A program made the position numbers and the translations under genes. Below are positions 62,333 through 64,000 of a DNA stretch of 64,000 nucleotides, one piece after another. Position 1 is the stretch's first letter. Each line of letters begins with the position of its first letter. This DNA comes from Alphaproteobacteria bacterium (GTDB taxonomy: Bacteria; Pseudomonadota; Alphaproteobacteria; SP197). The notes beneath the pieces are model-generated. The model saw only the letters and a list, made by a program, of their open reading frames with translations, did not search any database and was not told the DNA's origin. Location: assembly GCA_964291265.2 (NCBI GenBank), contig OZ219747.1, forward strand, positions 1,728,001-1,792,000, in the 5' to 3' direction.

Positions 62333-62864
62333 CGGGGGCACTCCTCGCCCATCACGATGTCCCCTTCAAGGCAACGGCAACCGACTCCGCTGCGGGCGGC
62401 CGCGAAATCCGGCATGTTCGATTCCCGTCAGGAAACGCGATCGCACACAGGCGGCGGGTGCAGGTCGAAAGCTCGCCTCCGGGACGCCCGAGGATCGAAC
62501 ACCGCCGCGCGCTCCGCAGAAACCCGGGGAAGAGATCGTTCAGCCCTGGGTTCAGCTCAACCCGTGCGGACGACGGACAACTGATCCCGCCTGCATGGAT
62601 CGGCATGATGGCGCCCCCGGTCAGCGGATCGATGACAGCCGGCTGCAGTGCCTCGGGCGTGGCGTCGGGAAAGTCCGGACGGGGGACATTGCCGAGAGAC
62701 GACGGCCCCTCGATCCGGTCGAGGCGGATATCCCCAAGCGTCACCATCATCGATTCCCTGCCCATGCACCCTTCACAAGCCCCTCGTTGCCATGGTAATA
62801 GCATATGGGCAAGTCTGTCACGATGCTGGCCGTTCCGAGCGGCCGAACCTTGAGGAGAAGACCC

Positions 62865-63074
62865 ATCGTTCACATCATTGTCCGCGACAACAATGTCGAC
62901 CAGGCCCTGCGGGCGCTGAAGAAAAAGCTGCAGCGCGAGGGCGTCTACCGTGAAATGAAACTGCGCCGTCACTTCGAGAAGCCCTCGGAGAAGAAGAAGC
63001 GCGAGCGCGCCGAAGGCGTGCGACGAGCCCGCAAGATGGCCCGCAAGCGGGCGCTGAGAGAAGGCAGCGCCTAG
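62865..63074 (+). CDS. rpsU: 30S ribosomal protein S21 (start codon uncertain)
   Basis: [29 protein letters not shown]. Confidence 0.95.
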   Translation: MVHIIVRDNNVDQALRALKKKLQREGVYREMKLRRHFEKPSEKKKRERAEGVRRARKMARKRALREGSA

Positions 63075-63084
63075 ATTTGCAGCC

Positions 63085-63327
63085 ATGGCGACCACTTTCG
63101 ACACCCTGACCGCCGCCCGCGGGCTCGAAAGTGCGGGCATGGACCGCAAGCAGGCCGAGGCCGTTGTCGGAGCAGTTCGCGCCGGACAGGGCGATCTTGC
63201 CACCAAGGCGAACCTGGGCACCCGGGAATCGCGCGTCACGGTAGTGCTCTACCGCGTCGCCCTCGCAATCGTCGTTGCCAATGCGGCGGTGACGTTCGGC
63301 ATCATCCGCCTCCTAGTGAACCCGTAG
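63085..63327 (+). CDS. DUF1640/CCDC90-like small membrane-anchored protein
   Basis: FDTLTAARGLESAG...QAEAVV...LATKANL and C-terminal TM. Confidence 0.75.
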   Translation: MATTFDTLTAARGLESAGMDRKQAEAVVGAVRAGQGDLATKANLGTRESRVTVVLYRVALAIVVANAAVTFGIIRLLVNP

Positions 63328-63414
63328 GTTCCCGCCATTTGCGGGTCCCAGCGGCCCAATGGCATCCACATCGACACATGGATTCGAATGCCATTGGCCC
63401 GCGGCCCCATCTCC

Positions 63415-64000
63415 CTACAGTCCCTTCAGGATATCCTCGACCATCTTCCTCGCATCCGCGAACAGCATCATGGTGTTGTCGCGGTAGAACAGCGGGTTGT
63501 CGATTCCGGCATATCCCGGCGACAGCGATCGTTTGACCACCATGACGGCGGCCGCATTCTCCGCGTTGAGCACCGGCATGCCGGCGATCGGACAGGAGGG
63601 ATCGGTCTTGGCCAGGGGATTGCAGACATCGTTGGCGCCGATCACGAAGGCGACATCGGCCGTGGCGAACTGTGAGTTGATTTCCTCGAGCTCGAAGACC
63701 TCGTCGTAGGGGATGTTGGCTTCGGCCAGCAGGACGTTCATGTGCCCGGGCATGCGCCCGGCGACGGGATGGATGGCGTAGGCCACCTCGATGCCGTTGT
63801 CCTTGAGCTTGTCGGCCATGTCCCTCAGGGCGTGCTGCGCCTGGGCGACCGCCATGCCGTAGCCGGGAACGATGATCACCTTTCGGGCGTTCTGAAGGAC
63901 AAAGGCCGCATCGTCGGCGCTGCCCTGGTTCACCTTGCGCTGTCCGGATGCCGTGTGCACCGATCCGGCGCCACCGAATCCTCCCAGGATGACGTTGAAG
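63415..64000 (-). CDS. pntB: NAD(P) transhydrogenase beta subunit, 3' part (runs off the window)
   Basis: [41 protein letters not shown]. Confidence 0.96.
   Translation of the reverse strand, partial: FNVILGGFGGAGSVHTASGQRKVNQGSADDAAFVLQNARKVIIVPGYGMAVAQAQHALRDMADKLKDNGIEVAYAIHPVAGRMPGHMNVLLAEANIPYDEVFELEEINSQFATADVAFVIGANDVCNPLAKTDPSCPIAGMPVLNAENAAAVMVVKRSLSPGYAGIDNPLFYRDNTMMLFADARKMVEDILKGL

Overview
High-GC alphaproteobacterial chromosome segment (Rhodospirillales-like by gene content; inference). A housekeeping backbone (murA, tRNA-Thr, nrdJ, panC/panB, aspS, rnd, prpE-like, hldE, purE/purK, def, rpsU, pntB) is interrupted by accessory DNA and many pseudogenes. The main discovery is a six-layer nested mobile-element stack at about 15.8-40 kb; the four inner layers have both junctions readable in the sequence. 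From outside in: a decayed IS4-type transposase; an ORF-less group II intron split in domain VI; a 438-bp mini-element (IR CCGAAGTTCC, DR CATAAG); a 5.3-kb IS21-like element with a toprim gene (TSD ATCTG); a 2.46-kb IS66 element with a Dam-like methyltransferase (15-bp IR, TSD CCATCAAC); and a 13.9-kb mobilisable element with two coupled tyrosine integrases and a MOBF relaxase. The innermost element is integrated at a 12-bp repeat (GCATGACGTGTA) inside the methyltransferase gene, and precise excision would restore a 224-aa ORF. A second, divergent twin-integrase element with the same end motif occupies the window start. All product names come from manual motif recognition, not database searches.
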